Shown: piece by piece, positions 14,104 through 28,068 of the stretch | How the letters are laid out: the number at the start of each line of letters is the position of its first letter | How positions within the stretch are numbered: the first letter of the stretch is position 1 | Notes under the pieces: generated by a model | What the model saw: only the letters and a program-made list of their open reading frames with translations | What the model was told of the DNA's origin: nothing | The model's database searches: none | Source: Geosiphon pyriformis uo1 | Taxonomy: Eukaryota > Fungi > Glomeromycota | Direction of reading: 5' to 3' | NCBI GenBank assembly: GCA_016748015.1 | Contig: JAAOMT010000742.1 | Location: 117,684 to 181,683, forward strand | DNA length: 64,000 nucleotides | Program-made: the position numbers and the translations under genes

Positions 14104-15707
14104 ATGTATTTCCTTCGCTCAGATCGGTTTCCTTATCAGATTTCAAGTGTTCACGTAAAGGAAATTTCATCCAAAAAGAAAAAGTTTAATAAACTCATTT
14201 TTAATATCACTACACAAAATTTTCACAGATTTTACTTTTGCGCGTTTTTTTTGCTCTTGTTCATTCTAGCCTTTTTCAAGCATATTTCTACGTCTAAAAC
14301 ATTATTGCCAGTATCGTTACTTGTGCCTATTTTACGCAACAGCTCGACCCTTAAAAAAAATTTATATTCAGATTTAATTGAAAATTCAAAGATCTTTAAT
14401 TTAACAATTCAAGATGACTACAATTCTATTTATTTCGTTCCATTTTCAAGTGCAACTTCTTTAAAGAATTTATTCATAGAAATGGAGAAGGTAAAGCAGA
14501 AGTTCACAGTAAAAAATAAAACAGGTTTACTTTTTGTTCGTAATTCAAATATAGCTGTAGATGGGATGGAACCTCTTAGTAAAAGATTGATCGGACCTAA
14601 TTATAGAGAAGGACTTTTACTAGAATTTTCCAGATTCGCGCGATATGCTCAAGAAGCTTATTGTCTTGATGATATCTTTGGTTTACTTGAATTTGGAGTT
14701 TACGGTTAGGATAAAATTTTATATTTTTTTTATCTTTTAAATGTGTCTTTTTTTTTTTTTTTTTTTTTAAATGATGAATAAAAATATTATTTTTATTGCA
14801 GCTGATACTGTCATAAGCGAGGCAAGCCGAGAAATTATAATTTTTTTTAAAGGTTTTATGATGACTGGTTCAGATTGGTGGGAAAAAATTGGATCGGGTG
14901 TGAGATACCCTTTTGTAGTAGATACATGGGTTGATGAAATATATTATACCCGTTTTGCTCGTGCTTGGAAACCATTGGTAAATAAAATTAAGGGATTGAA
15001 GCTCAGCAAAAGCCTTTCTGAATATCGTCTCGTTACAACTGGTCATGGCGAGGGTGGTGGTATGAACATTTTCTCGTTGTTCCATCCATACATCCATCCG
15101 AGATTGCTTCAAATAATGAAAGCTTTAAGCATTAACTTCCATTTAGTCTATGCCATATTAGCAGCATTACAATTAAAGAAAATGTTTCAACTCAATGGAA
15201 TAACCGTTTACACATTTGGAGCGCCACGAATGGGAGATAAGAATTTCGCTCATCATGTAAATAAGGAACTCGTCGTTTTTCGAATAACAAATAGCGATGA
15301 CTTTATAACTCAGAGGCCATTTAAGAATCCAAATGGCTTGGGATATTGGCATCATGAAACGGAATATTGGATTTCTGAGGAAACTCATTGTGGATGCCTT
15401 AACCCTTTTGTTCCTATCACGCCATTCAATACCAAAGTTTATGAATGCAGAGAAGTGATGAATTGGTTTACAGGACAATTTGAGGAACCTTATGTAAAGA
15501 TTTTATCGATGATGATATTCTATCTGGGAATATTTTTTTTAATAATATTTTAACTCTTAATTTAATTTTTAGGAGTGCAATGAAATTGCACAATCAGAGA
15601 TAGCGCTACTAGGATTTTCTTCACATTATGGTCCTTATTTTGGGATCATAATGGGTGTTTGTCCTCAAGACAATCCTTTTGAACTTAATGAAATGATAGA
15701 TGATTAA
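14104..15707 (+). CDS. Lipase_3-fold protein 3, predicted non-catalytic (GHGEGG); signal anchor; 4 exons
   Basis: AQEAYC, FFKGF, TGHGEGG, YTFGAPR, DFIT, HHETEYWI..CGC, SHYGPYFG..MGVCP. Confidence 0.88.
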
Positions 15708-16757
15708 AAAAATTGTATTCTCTTTGCAGAGTTTTTGATAGATTAAATGATTAAATTTTCGCGTTAGTATTTGTTTCTATTTTTATGAAAATCATTTATC
15801 AAGTAGTGAAATTTTTTAAATCATTTCATTTTTATGTTTAGCTAAAGAAGATTTTTTTTTTTTGCCTGAAAAATTTCCTTAATCAGTTTGGAAAGGTAAA
15901 AAAAAATAATCTGACAGGATAAAGCATTTGATAATTTTGACAACTTTTTTTTGTGAAATTAATTTTCACCTTTCGAAAAAGATTAGTGACATTCATATTG
16001 AAAAGAGTTTTTTTTTTTTTTTTAGTAAAACTTTATTTAAATTTTAAAAATTTTACAGAGAGGTTTTAAACAACTTTTTTTTTTAGGTATTTTGAAATTC
16101 ATTTTTTACAATTTAGATATTTTTTTTGAGAATCCCTGAAAAAGTCGCGGGAATTATTTTTTAAATCAGTCAAATGACAATTACCTTTTACAACAATTTC
16201 GATGATTAATTGTTTTTTTTTTAAAAAAAAATCTGCTTATAAATCATGATTAATATTTTATTTAGCCAGCACGTTCATATCCACGAGGAAAGGTCGATAA
16301 GATAAAGTTTTATAACTAAAAATGTCAAGATCAATTAACTGAATTAACCGATTTGAAATGAACTCTCAAAAGGTATTATTTAAAAATTTATACATATATG
16401 CTAAATTTTAGGTCTAATCGTTTTTTTAAACGTTTCAAACCAATTTCTATCTCTGAAAAAGGGATTTTTTACGAAATGACCTAGATCAAAAATGCTACTA
16501 AAGAGAAAATACAACCTCACAACATCAAATATTTTTTCAGACAAAATCTTTTGAATTTAATTTTTTCTCAAGATTACAAAAATCACTTTAGATTCAACCA
16601 ATATGATGATTTCATAAAATGGTATGAATATTCTTTTAAAATTTATTTACAAATATATGCTAAAAATTCCAAAAAAAACTTTCTTAGTCATGTTACAATA
16701 ATATATACACCGTTACAACTTGTTAATAAATACATGTAGGTGGGGGGTTTTTTTTTT

Positions 16758-17996
16758 TTAGGACTGATATAGGATTGATTCGGGGGATTCAAATTTACCA
16801 CGTTCAATCTTCCCAGAATCACCATGAGTCGAGAAACGATTTTCAGTCAATGTGTGAGAAGAAGGCCATGAAAGAACATCTTCAGGATTATTGTCATCGT
16901 CCTCTTCGTCTTTTTCAAGTTTAATACATGGAAATTTAAATATTCCAGATTGTAACATAATATATATCGTATAAAGCATTGGAATACTATTTCAATTCAA
17001 TGAAAAATCCAGATATGAATTAAGATATTATAACTTGTAACCTATAATCTATAAACAATGAGCAATTGAATCGAACTTACATTATCGCACGCATGAACAA
17101 TAGTACATTAGGTGCCAAGGAGAACCGTTCACGACCAGTTACCAAATCAAAAATTACCGGAATGCTGTTGGAAATTTGTACAAGACTGACACATAATGAG
17201 GTACCCGTTAACCATATTCCATACCTGAGAAAAGGATTAAAATTATATTCAATTTAATTTTGAAATAAAAATTAATTAAGCAAAAACAAAAACCTACCAA
17301 TATCCTAATACGGTTCGCTCAATTTGGCGAAGCCATATACTAAAATGAGCATAAATTGATGCGACTGAAATGAAAAAATTTCAAGATTTTATCAATTAAA
17401 AAGAACAAAGAATACCTAATATTTAATCTTATATAAAATCACTTACGTGAAAATATAAATCCAACCAAAGCACATGATAATTTTGGAACTACTAACAATA
17501 GTTTGTTCAAATTCGAATTGTTAACAGTACATCCATACCATTCTATTTCAACCCCCCACCGATGGGTTCCCCATCCAATACCCAAATGGACCATTGTTCC
17601 AACAAGTGCTATTGCCCATATAAAACAGGTAATCAAAGAAAACACTCGCTTCTCAAAGTTCTGATTTCGTGCTACTCCATACCATAAGTATACTGCTATG
17701 GCGGTAGTCGTAATTTGTGAAGGATAAAATATTAATCTTCCCAGATATGCTTGTATCACACAAAAAGTTTCAAGTTTTTGGAAGCTTGAATCATTATCAT
17801 GGCTATATAAAAGAATCGCAGGAATAGCAAAGATCCTTTCTAGGAAGGCAGAAATGAAATATTGAAATAATGTCCATTTAGCAAGAAATGGCTTTGTTCT
17901 TCTTTTTAAAAGGAGTAAACTCGAAAATATGACCAAACCCAAGCTCAAGAATTCTACAAGTACGTAAGCAATAGACAATAAAGACAAACTTTGCAT
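16758..17996 (-). CDS. 7TM GPCR-like membrane protein (cAMP-receptor-like/Git3-like fungal class); 4 exons
   Basis: After splicing it has about seven hydrophobic helices, with FCVIQAY at the TM3 start, a WYGC Cys in ECL2 (GPCR-type disulfide), and an acidic Ser-rich cytoplasmic tail (EKDEEDDD). Confidence 0.72.
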
Positions 17997-18082
17997 AATT
18001 CTACCAAAAAAACCACCGTATGAAAAAAAAGTAATTTTTTTCAAAAAATTTTGTTTTTATCACAGAATGAGAAAAGAAACAA

Positions 18083-18083
<1 letters not shown>

Positions 18084-18124
<41 letters not shown>

Positions 18125-18125
18125 C
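18084..18125. repeat. (AAC)14 microsatellite ~90 bp upstream of the GPCR start codon
   Basis: Perfect trinucleotide run read directly from the sequence. Confidence 0.95.
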
Positions 18126-19442
18126 GATAAGACCAATAACAAATAAACTAATTTTACGAGTAGGTCAAAAGGATTTCAAGAGGAATACAAATTTTTTCTC
18201 GGGGTGGGAAAAAGTTTGTTCGCTACGCTAAAAAGTCATGAAATGCAAATGTTTTTCGAATCGTCCTATGCTCAAACCACGACGGAAATTCTCAAGCTCA
18301 TTTAATAAAGCGGCAAAGATCTGTAGCCGTAGTAGTCGTGGTGGCAAAAAAAAAATTTCGTCGAAAAATTTTTTATTGGAAGAGCGGTTGGTAACGGTGG
18401 AGCCCCAACTAATTGCTAACCTTTTGCCTCAGGAAAATATTAAAACGCCCTTTCAATTAAATATCATCATAGTTCGTATTCAGTGAATATCGATCAAACT
18501 AATTTTAGTTAACTCCCGTCATACATATTTTATTTGTACACTTAAAATGTTTTGATCATTAACTAGATTGTGGATAATTATCAAACATGTTAGGACATTT
18601 TGAAAAATGATCGTGCTCGTTGAAACAAATCCTTTTTATTGGCATTTATTATTGAATTTTCTTTTCGGAGAATTTTAGCTCTTTGCCGAATTCTATTGTT
18701 GTAAAACTCTCTTTTAGAATATTCGTATTGGTCAAAATAGCAGTATGTGAATTATCTGCTTCAATAAGTGTTCAAGAAATTTCCATCTTCTATGAACAAA
18801 CAAGGACAGACAATACCAAAATAGAAACCAAATAATTCTGCAGTGTAACTAATTTTTGCTTCACAAGTGAATTTCTTAAATAGTGATTGAAACCAAACAA
18901 AAATTTTCCGGAAGCAGTGACTTCTTACACCTCCTCAATTTTGGAAAAAAGTTATTTTGCCACTCTCTTAATCATAACTTATTTAAAAATCACGGATCTT
19001 TTAAGCTTAAAAAGGAGAGGATCAAAATCTTTGGGATGAAACTTATTAAAAATTTCTGGAAACTTTGAAAGTTGTAAAGACACGCTTCTTAATATATATA
19101 TATATAGTAAATAAATAGAATCCACCAGTTAATTGTTGACCTTATAGATATTTGATTTCCTTTTGAATACCATTTATTAAACGTTTTATAAATCTTTATA
19201 TCAAATGAGATTGTTCGGCCAAGAAAATTCATTCTGTTTGAAAGTTTTTTTGTGTACCAAATCCCCTATTTGCTTGAGCTTTTTTCTAACAATCTAGATA
19301 ATCAGATCGGGTGTTTGGTAACAAATAAAATTATATTTCGATTTTAGGCAGTACATATTCGGGATGAAATTTTACCCGTTCCATCATCATAGAATAAAAT
19401 TCCAAAGAGGCTTTTGCCCAATAATTTGAAAACTTTTATCAA

Positions 19443-19505
19443 GCAAACAAACAGACAAACAAATAGACAAACAAACAGACAAATAAATAAATAAACAAAC
19501 AAACA
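19443..19505. repeat. Degenerate (AAAC/AGAC/AAAT)n tetranucleotide microsatellite
   Basis: aaacaaacagacaaacaaatagacaaacaaacagacaaataaataaataaacaaacaaac. Confidence 0.85.
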
Positions 19506-22192
19506 TTTTTTTTGATTAAATCTTTTTTTGAAGAATCCCATATAAATTTTTTTCTAATATTCACAAGATTTTTTAATACAAGTAAAATCCTCGAAAATTA
19601 GCACCAATAGGATAGATTTACCCTTCAATATGTTTCTTCCATTTATTGCTTTCATAGCGAATAAAATTTGAGTTTTTATGGTATTCAAATATCATTTTCA
19701 AAATAAATTTTCCCGAAATTTTGAATTAAAAATATATTTTTTATTTTTGTATATTCCCTTAACAGAGAATAATTTCATATGAAAACGCAGGTACATTTAT
19801 TTAACTTTCCCAAATATACTTAAATCTTCTAGGTAGTAAAAAAATTTTAATTGGGTCAAAAAGATTCTGTGAAAATTGAGATTTTATTTAACACATGATG
19901 CTGCTATTGATTCTTTGTTTGAAAATCAACATGATGGTTTATCTATTAAATTAATAGTAATTTTGCTTGTCAGGATTCTTTCCTTTTTGATTAAGCATGT
20001 CGAGGGTAAATATTTGTCTCATTTAATATTTCCATAATATGAACAATTTGTGTCTTAAAAATTTTTTTGATGCAGCTAAATTTTGTTTGCATTTTATGAA
20101 AAGCGGCTAAAACAGATGGAACTTTTTGGAATAATCTATAATAGAAAAAAATTTGATTGTGACCAAAAACCACACTTGTAAAAATATTTTTAGCACAACT
20201 TTAAGTGATTTATGGTTTTGAAATTATTTTTATCATAAGAAGAAGAAGGTTCAAATTTCAGGGAAAGAAAATTTGGGATAAAATTTGCCATATATAACCT
20301 CAAAAAATTATGAAATTTGGTCTTGAACGTTTTCCCGATCTCGAGAAAGAACATCCAGGAATTCTGAAATTTTGGATCCAGAAGTATTTAATGTATTACA
20401 TCAATCTCAAAAATAAAATTTTCCCACAAGCTGCAATATTCTGCAAGTTTATATAAAAATGTGTCGGATCTTTACAAGAATGAAAGACATTTGATATTAA
20501 AGCTCAAAATATCAAATTCTTGAGAAAAAAGCAAAAAAAAATGTTAGGCTATTATTGGTTATTTGTTTTTGGTTAATAAATATAAACATTAATTTACCTT
20601 TCTTGAGGAAACAAAACCAATTGTCGAAAATTGTGCTTAAATAAATAAAAAAAAAAAGGCATTCCAATTTAATTTTTTAACCAAAAGCAAATTAAAGATA
20701 ATTTTTTTTTACATTTTCTAGATGTAGCATATTTAAAATAAAATATAAAATAACAATGTAAATTTAAAATCTTTAGTTTTGCAACTTTAAGATGAGATAA
20801 TGATCCTTTTCTAGGAATTTTTTGTTTTTCATAAAAGAAACTATTCAAATTTGTGAAAAAGTATAAGTTATGTTTGTTTATTAAATATTGTTAATTAAAA
20901 TATCACTTTTTACTTCAGATATTCAATTTTCGCAAAAACTTTATGATGTTTTTCAAAGTTAAAGAAGGTCATTTCAGAAATAATTTTTTTAATATTGTAA
21001 ATTTTGATTTATTAAAATGGCCAAGTTAACCAAAAAAGTAAAATCTTTTGTAAACTATCATTAATTAAAATAAAAATCCCAACTTAAAAAATGCTATTAC
21101 CATGTTTGAAAATATTGAAGTCGCTCATTTTTTTCGGGGTTTTCAGTTTTCAGTTTGTGTGTCAAAACCTTAATTATATATATGGTTTCCATAAAGATTA
21201 AAACGAACCAGTTTTTATTTATAATAAATATTAATTATGACGTAAATCTTTTCTTTAAAGGAGGATCGATTCGTTATATTTTCTCTTTGTAGAGTATATA
21301 TATTTTTGTTTTTCGCTTCTGTGATCGTTATTACATGTAGTTTTTTAAAACTCTTCCTCTTAACTTAAATTAGTTAATCCAAGAATCCCCACTATATTTT
21401 TTAACATTAATCATGAAAATAATACCATCAAAAGTAAATCCCAAGTTTAAAAATCTGCTTTTTAAATATTTACTAATATAATTATAGTCAAGCACAAAAC
21501 ATTTGGTATTATTTAACTTCAAAGTAATTAATAGTTATTTTTTTAATAAGATTGGCTTTTGATTTAATCTTTTAACAATTGAAATAAATGTTTATTCAAT
21601 TTTTCAAGTAATAAAAATGATTCTTGTAATAAAATCTGAACAATTATTTAAAATATTAAATTATTAAACATTAAGTATTAAGTTAGAATATTTTTTGGTA
21701 AAATTTCATTTTTTTAATTATTATCTTTTTATCTTATTTAATTTGTTATACATGATTTTATAAAAATATCTACTTAACTGAATGTTTTATTTAAAATATA
21801 ACTAATATACTTTTGTTAATTTTCATTTACTTTTCAATAAGAAAAAATAAAGATATAAAAAAAATGAATAGTCATTCTAAAAAATTATGCAATTTTGCTA
21901 AAAAAAAAAATTTATTTAACAGGTTACCAGAATCAAAAATTTCTACCATTGCCAAATTTAGTGAAAATTAGGTTTGATTTCAAATATTTTTTTTAAATTT
22001 GCCCCAAAGTTTATGTAAATGTGATCAAATTCACTGTAAACCAAAAAATAACATGTTCAAATAAAATATCAATTTTTCATATCGCATCAATCTCATCAGA
22101 GTACTTTAGGCAAAACAAATGAGCAAAACAAATATTGGAAGCGAAAAAATTTATCCATAGAAACCGTTGAATATAAGACCTTGCCTATTCAG

Positions 22193-23743
22193 ATGGTTGT
22201 ATTTGATATTCTGGGAAAAAAAATGTTGTTATTAAACAATTATGAATCAGAAAAGCTCTTGGTAATTTTAATTCTTAGAGTAATTCTATTGCATTTGTTC
22301 ATCCCTCTAAGAAATTATGCCCTCGAGCAAATTCCATCAAAGGAAAGAGTGGGTCCAGAAATTTTTAGTTTCTTTAATAAAACACAATTTTTTCAAATTA
22401 GCTCCAATGAGCAAGCACCGAAAACCTATTTGAAACCAAATTTGAATAAAAAAACAATGTCAAAAAGAAACAATCTATGGCATATATCAATAAATTCTTG
22501 GCCAACGACTGAAAAAAAACTCGAGAAAAAATTGGTTCAAGATCCAATTCTACTCAACCAATTTGCGAAATATGCTGTTTACGCTAATCATGCTTATTGT
22601 AATACTAGCGGCAATGCCGAAAATTTTAAGGGAACCTATGGTAATTTTTGTCCATTTTTCAGAAAAATCACTTTCATTACTCCTCCCTAATTTGAAATTA
22701 ATCTAATACAATTTGACAGGAAATGCTCAATTAATTGAAAATGAAGTAATAGTTTATTTACGAGGTTAGATGACATGTTAAAAACAACTAATTCATTTAG
22801 TTTTTTAATCCTTGAAATTGGTAAAAGATAAAAACTAAACAGAAATATTTTTTGGAACTTTAAAATGAAATTTAGGCGATGAATACTTGTTTACTCTTAT
22901 GAAAGAACAGAGATTTTCTACCATTCACTACCCGGAAAAGGTGAAAGGATCAATGGTTATTGAGTCATTCTATAATTCTTTCAGAAAAGTGAGAGGACAA
23001 GTTTTCGCTCTTATTTCAGTGCTTTTAAAGAATAGTAAATGTAATAACCTTCGAGTTGTGGGGCATGGTCTAGGGGGTGGTAAGTTGGTCCAAATTACTC
23101 TCATTGAACTTTACCTTTTCCATTCTCATAAAGTTATATCTTTGGGATAGTCGTAATTTTTTCTTTGCCATTTCTTCTAGCATATGCTATATTTGTGGCA
23201 TTAGAACAACGAAAGCTCTACCCAAAACTTGATATCAAAATTTATTCTTATGGCCAACCGCGTGTTGGAAATGATCAATTTGTCTTTCACGTGAACAGAC
23301 TCTTTCCCATACAAATTTTTCGCATTACCCTTTTTTACGATTGGATATCACAAATTCCAAGACGAATATTAGAAACAAAGTTTGCTCATTACGGAACAGA
23401 ATATTTTATCTGGTACAATCTTAAATGCGAATGTGTAGACCCTTACAAAAATGTTGACCCAACCGTGTTTGAGTGTAATTATGGGATGGCAAAACACTTG
23501 GACTACAATGAATCAAAATACCGAGAGCCGAGAGTAAATAAGAAATTTCCATTTTATTGCTTTTATTTTTGAATTGATGAGTTAATTGCGAATTTAAATT
23601 CTGAATAGGATTGTAATGCTCTTTATGCAACCTGGATTAGAGGAAATGGTATATCTTCACATTGGGGACCATTCTTTAAACAATTCATGGGTGACTGTCC
23701 TGAACGGAGAAATCCTCCGATATTTAAAATAGAATCGCAATGA
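22193..23743 (+). CDS. Lipase_3-fold protein 4, predicted non-catalytic (GHGLGG); 5 exons
   Basis: ANHAYC, YLRG|D with an extra intron, VGHGLGG, YSYGQPR, DWIS, HYGTEYFI..CEC, SHWGPFF..MGDCP. Start codon uncertain. Confidence 0.87.
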
Positions 23744-24324
23744 TTTTTTAATTGTACATTTCAGTAATCTCCAGAATGTTTTCGAAATTTTTTTTTCATT
23801 TTATTTAGTGAAAAGTTAACTTAAAAGTTTTATCCCTCATCACTGAACATCACAGAAACTTAAAAATTATAAGGATTCAGTTTCTTGTGAACCCTAAATT
23901 TCATCCAGGTACTCGAAACAGTAAAGTTTAATTTATGTTCTTTGATTTTCACAGGTGGCAGTTATTCCTTTAACTATCGATCCTAATTCTCAAAAATTGA
24001 TAGTATATCTATAATGTTTTGTTAGGATCATTGCTGAAAACAAACAAGATAGGTCAAACCTACTTACCAGGATTAGATTCATAACCTTCCTATATATGTA
24101 ATTTAACGAAATTCACATTTTCATAATTTCCAAAAGTTTGGGGCCGAAACTAAATAAGATTTTCAATTTTACATGTATTAATTTTAAAAAGCATCGATAC
24201 CGAACATCTGTTAAAATATTTAATTAGGGAATAAATTATACAGGTTATAAAATCTCACAAACAATGATTTAAAAATTATGTCAATTAAATTGATTTTTCA
24301 AGGTTATCAGAACTCGTTAAAAAA

Positions 24325-25717
24325 ATGCCATCTTTTTCTTTTAAATACACTTCTTTCTTTGTATCCATCATTATTCTGATCATGATAATTATCATTTCTA
24401 TTATCTCAATGACAACTCTTAAACCACGAAAATATAAAATGGAGAGTTCAAAGTTGTATAGTAAAATTTTGTCGAAAATAAAAGAAAAAAAAGTTGTTAA
24501 AAATGAAACCAATTATCAATTGGAGGTTCGTAATTTAGGAGGATTTGGAAAAGGTGGTAAAAATTCACCAAAAAAAATCTTGGTTGAAGATGTAAAAGAA
24601 TTGAAATTTTTAAAACGAATGGCTCATTTGGCCAATATTCCTTATTGCTTTGACACAAATGAAATTGGGAATGGAAGTGCAGGCTTAATTGGTATGGAAT
24701 TGAAATTTAAACATTATCTTGGAAAATGGGTCATTTTATCATTAAAATCAAATATATTTAATAATATTCTAGCTGATGTTGTCAAAGATCATGAGACTCA
24801 AAATTTTATTATCTTTTTACGAGGTTTGTCTTCAATAGAAAAAGCAAAAAAAAACTTTTCTATTATAATTGAAATTAAATGTCTCACTTCATTATATTAT
24901 TATGAATAGGCCCGGAATACTCAAAAGAGGAATGGGACACAAGAAGATATAAAATGTATTCACTTGATGAAAGAGCTAAAATTGAGGGTGGATGGGTACC
25001 TATCACAGAAAGTGTTATGAATCGATTGTACAATAAGATTATCACCATGAAAGAACCAAATCAAAAAAGTCTAAATTTGGTTTTTATTGGACATGGTGTT
25101 GGTGGAGGTATGTTTTATCCAAATAGATAAAAGGATCAAAAATCGTTGAATACTTAAAAATTTCATTCTTTGATTTCAAGTTTATGCCGTACAAATGGCC
25201 ATGCTTTTCTTATCGAAAATAATTGGCCATGAAAATTTACAATTCAGGGAACTTGAAATCCAGTTAATCGTGGTTACTTTTGGCCAGCCACGCTTTGCAA
25301 ATATCGCCTATACAAAATTTATAAACATAGTTCCAAAATTGAAAATATATCGTGTGACGCATGCCAATGATCATGTTCCTCACAAACCAAAGGTATCCAC
25401 TTCTGGTGAGAAATACATACATCATGAAACAGAATATTGGATATTGGATAAAAATTGTGATTGCATAGATAATGGTTCAGAATTTGAGTTGTATAAATGT
25501 CCTGGTTATAAAAAAAATAACCCGGAAAAATTTGGTGAGAATCTGGTGAGTAGCAAAGTTTGAAGTTTGGATCATATCTCTGGAAAAACATTTTTTGATT
25601 CTTTTTTCTCTGCATTAGGGATGTAATTTGTCAACAAATGGATTGGGAGTAGATGCTCATTATGGCCCATATTTTGGAACAATATTCGGGAAATGTGAAA
25701 GCTTTTACACCGATTAA
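24325..25717 (+). CDS. Lipase_3-fold protein 5, predicted non-catalytic (GHGVGG); signal anchor; 5 exons
   Basis: Hydrophobic FFVSIIILIMIIIISIISM; ANIPYC, FLRG|P, IGHGVGG, TFGQPR, DHVP, HHETEYWI..CDC, AHYGPYFG..GKC. Confidence 0.9.
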
Positions 25718-26052
25718 AAATTAAATCTTATTTCTCTTTATAGATTTTAGCCTTGTTTATTTGCCAAGAATATATATTTTAAAGTTTTTTATTCCCTTCA
25801 AACTATTTAAAGATTGGTCTTTGATTTGTCTTGCGTACAAGAAATTATCTATTTTCAAATTATTAAGAGAAAAATTGACCGTCTGACATTTTCCCTTGCT
25901 TTTGATTTGAAAAATTATCCCAAACTTCACCCATTACAGCAATGAAGATTGCCAAGGAAAATATTAATGACATTTAAAATTTCTGCAATGTCTTTACTAA
26001 ACAAAACATTGATCAGTGAAAATTTTGATATTCAACAAAATTAGGTGTCACA

Positions 26053-27539
26053 CTATATGTCATCAAAATCGTCCTCAAGTGAAGGTGGGCACATTCCCAT
26101 ATTTTGACCAAAATATGGGCCTGAGTGTGATAAATCGATAGAAAAATTGGTAATTTGTGCTCCAGCATTACAATGCTAATGAAAAAAGATCTGTGAAGTT
26201 TATTTAGTAAAATTAAAACAGAGTATAAAAAATAAGTCTTACGGGATTTTCATGGATATAGCCATCCACGAGAGGACCAATGCATTCATATACCACAAAC
26301 ATTTGACTCGTGTCAACGCATTCACAATTGTCACTGTATGTTATCCAATATTCTCGGTCAAAATGCCAATGGCCTTCCAAGTTTTTTCTTTCTGGCAATT
26401 GTGGAACCCGGTCATGGGAATGTGTAATACGGTAAATTTTATTGGGAAAAAGAGTCATGACAAAGTGTGTAAAAAACAGATTTCCCATGCGTAATTGTCC
26501 GAAGGTATAAATTTCAATATCAAGGTAATATTCGGTCATCTTTAGCTCCAAAGCTGTAAAAACGGCATGTACTATAAAATCTCGAGAAAACATCAGAATT
26601 TGATCCATTTTATGAAAAAACAAATGATAGCTAAACATTTTGTACATACCCCCTCCTACGCCAAATCCTGCTAAACGGACATGAAATTGAGGCCTCAATA
26701 ATGAAGAAATCATTTCCATCAAAGTCTTCTTAGCCCTTAAAAAATCTTGATAGAGCTCTGCGACTACTTGGGCTTGAGGTATATTTGAGTAAGGCCGCCA
26801 CATATTAAAATTTACTAGCTCTTCCTCATCATAATTGTAATCATATCCTCTCAAATATATAATTAATTCTCTGTTTCCCGAGATCTCTGCCCGAGCTAAT
26901 AATTGAGACAGATAAGAGCTTTGCTTAATTAAATAAAAAAGACGGTTATAACTTTATGTTGTTTTTACCGTATATTCCTGGTCCAACCATGCCACCTTTG
27001 TTTTTTATACAATAGGCCTTATTAGCATAGTAAGCATATTTCCGAAATTTTTGCAACCGCTTTTGAGGGTCATCTAGTGTTATTTTTCTCTTAAAATGAC
27101 TTTCTGGATTGGTGGCCAAAATTGGGAATTTCAAATTTCTTTTTGACTTTTTGCGATGAAATTTCAAGTCTAAACTAGCATTAAAGGTTTGGAAATTTCT
27201 AGATAAAGAAGAGAATTCGAATTAAATTTACAAAGCATGTTTGAGGCAATTAAGATGGGATTAAAGTATAGAAATGGCGCACATTTTATCTGCTAATTTG
27301 GATCTGAATATATCAAAGTGAGAAACCCATTCTATTTTCCTACGAGCTAAAATAGAATGATATGTTTTATTTTGATAAGAAATTTCTTGTTGGATTAACT
27401 GGCTATTTTCGAAATTCATTGTCGTCTTTGTAGGCCTAAAACGAGAATTTACACCATGAAAAGCAGTAAAGCTAGAAATAATAAGTAAAATGAGAAAAAT
27501 AAAATTCATTTGATTATTGAATTCCTCAGTCGTATTCAT
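26053..27539 (-). CDS. Lipase_3-fold protein 6, predicted non-catalytic (GFGVGG); about 5 exons
   Basis: Signal-like MNFIFLILLIISSFTAFHG. A phase-2 intron GTGCGC..TCTAG (~27220-27282) removes the stops between ORFs 27261-27539 and 26946-27167. Motifs: ANKAYC, YLRGY, AGFGVGG, TFGQLR, DRVP, CEC, SHSGPYFG..MGMCP. Confidence 0.85.
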
Positions 27540-28068
27540 TTCTGAGTATTTCAGCTATACCCTTGATTTTATAAACATCATGTCAAAAATCAAAAAATCT
27601 ATTATTATCTGTCAATCTATTGATGCTTATTAAGCCACTAAAAATTTGAATGATTCGGTGAAAATTTCGAGATTTTGTTTTCAAATATTTGCAGTTTCCA
27701 AAAACATGGTTCTAAAGACTGTGTTTTTAAATCACTCTTTCCAAAATATTTTGCTCCAGGAAAAATTACTAATGAAATTCGTTTTTCCTAATCGGAATCG
27801 GAATGTTCTTTGCTGACTAAAAAAGATACATGTATTTTTAAATACCAGACAATTGATAGTGAGATTCTGGGCTTCAGACATAAACTTAATTGTCCGATAG
27901 AAATAATTAAGGCTCCGGAAGCTATCTAAAAAAAAACTAATTTTAAAGTATAATTACAATTTCAGACTATTTAAATGAAGCTTATTGACTTTAGTTTTTA
28001 AGATTTATAATATCTTAAAGTCACAAGAGTAAAGAAAATATATATCCGACGAAAATAATAAATCAATT

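Noticed and set aside
19344-19541. ORF with repeated CLFV, resembling a membrane peptide
   Set aside because: It is a translation of the tetranucleotide microsatellite.
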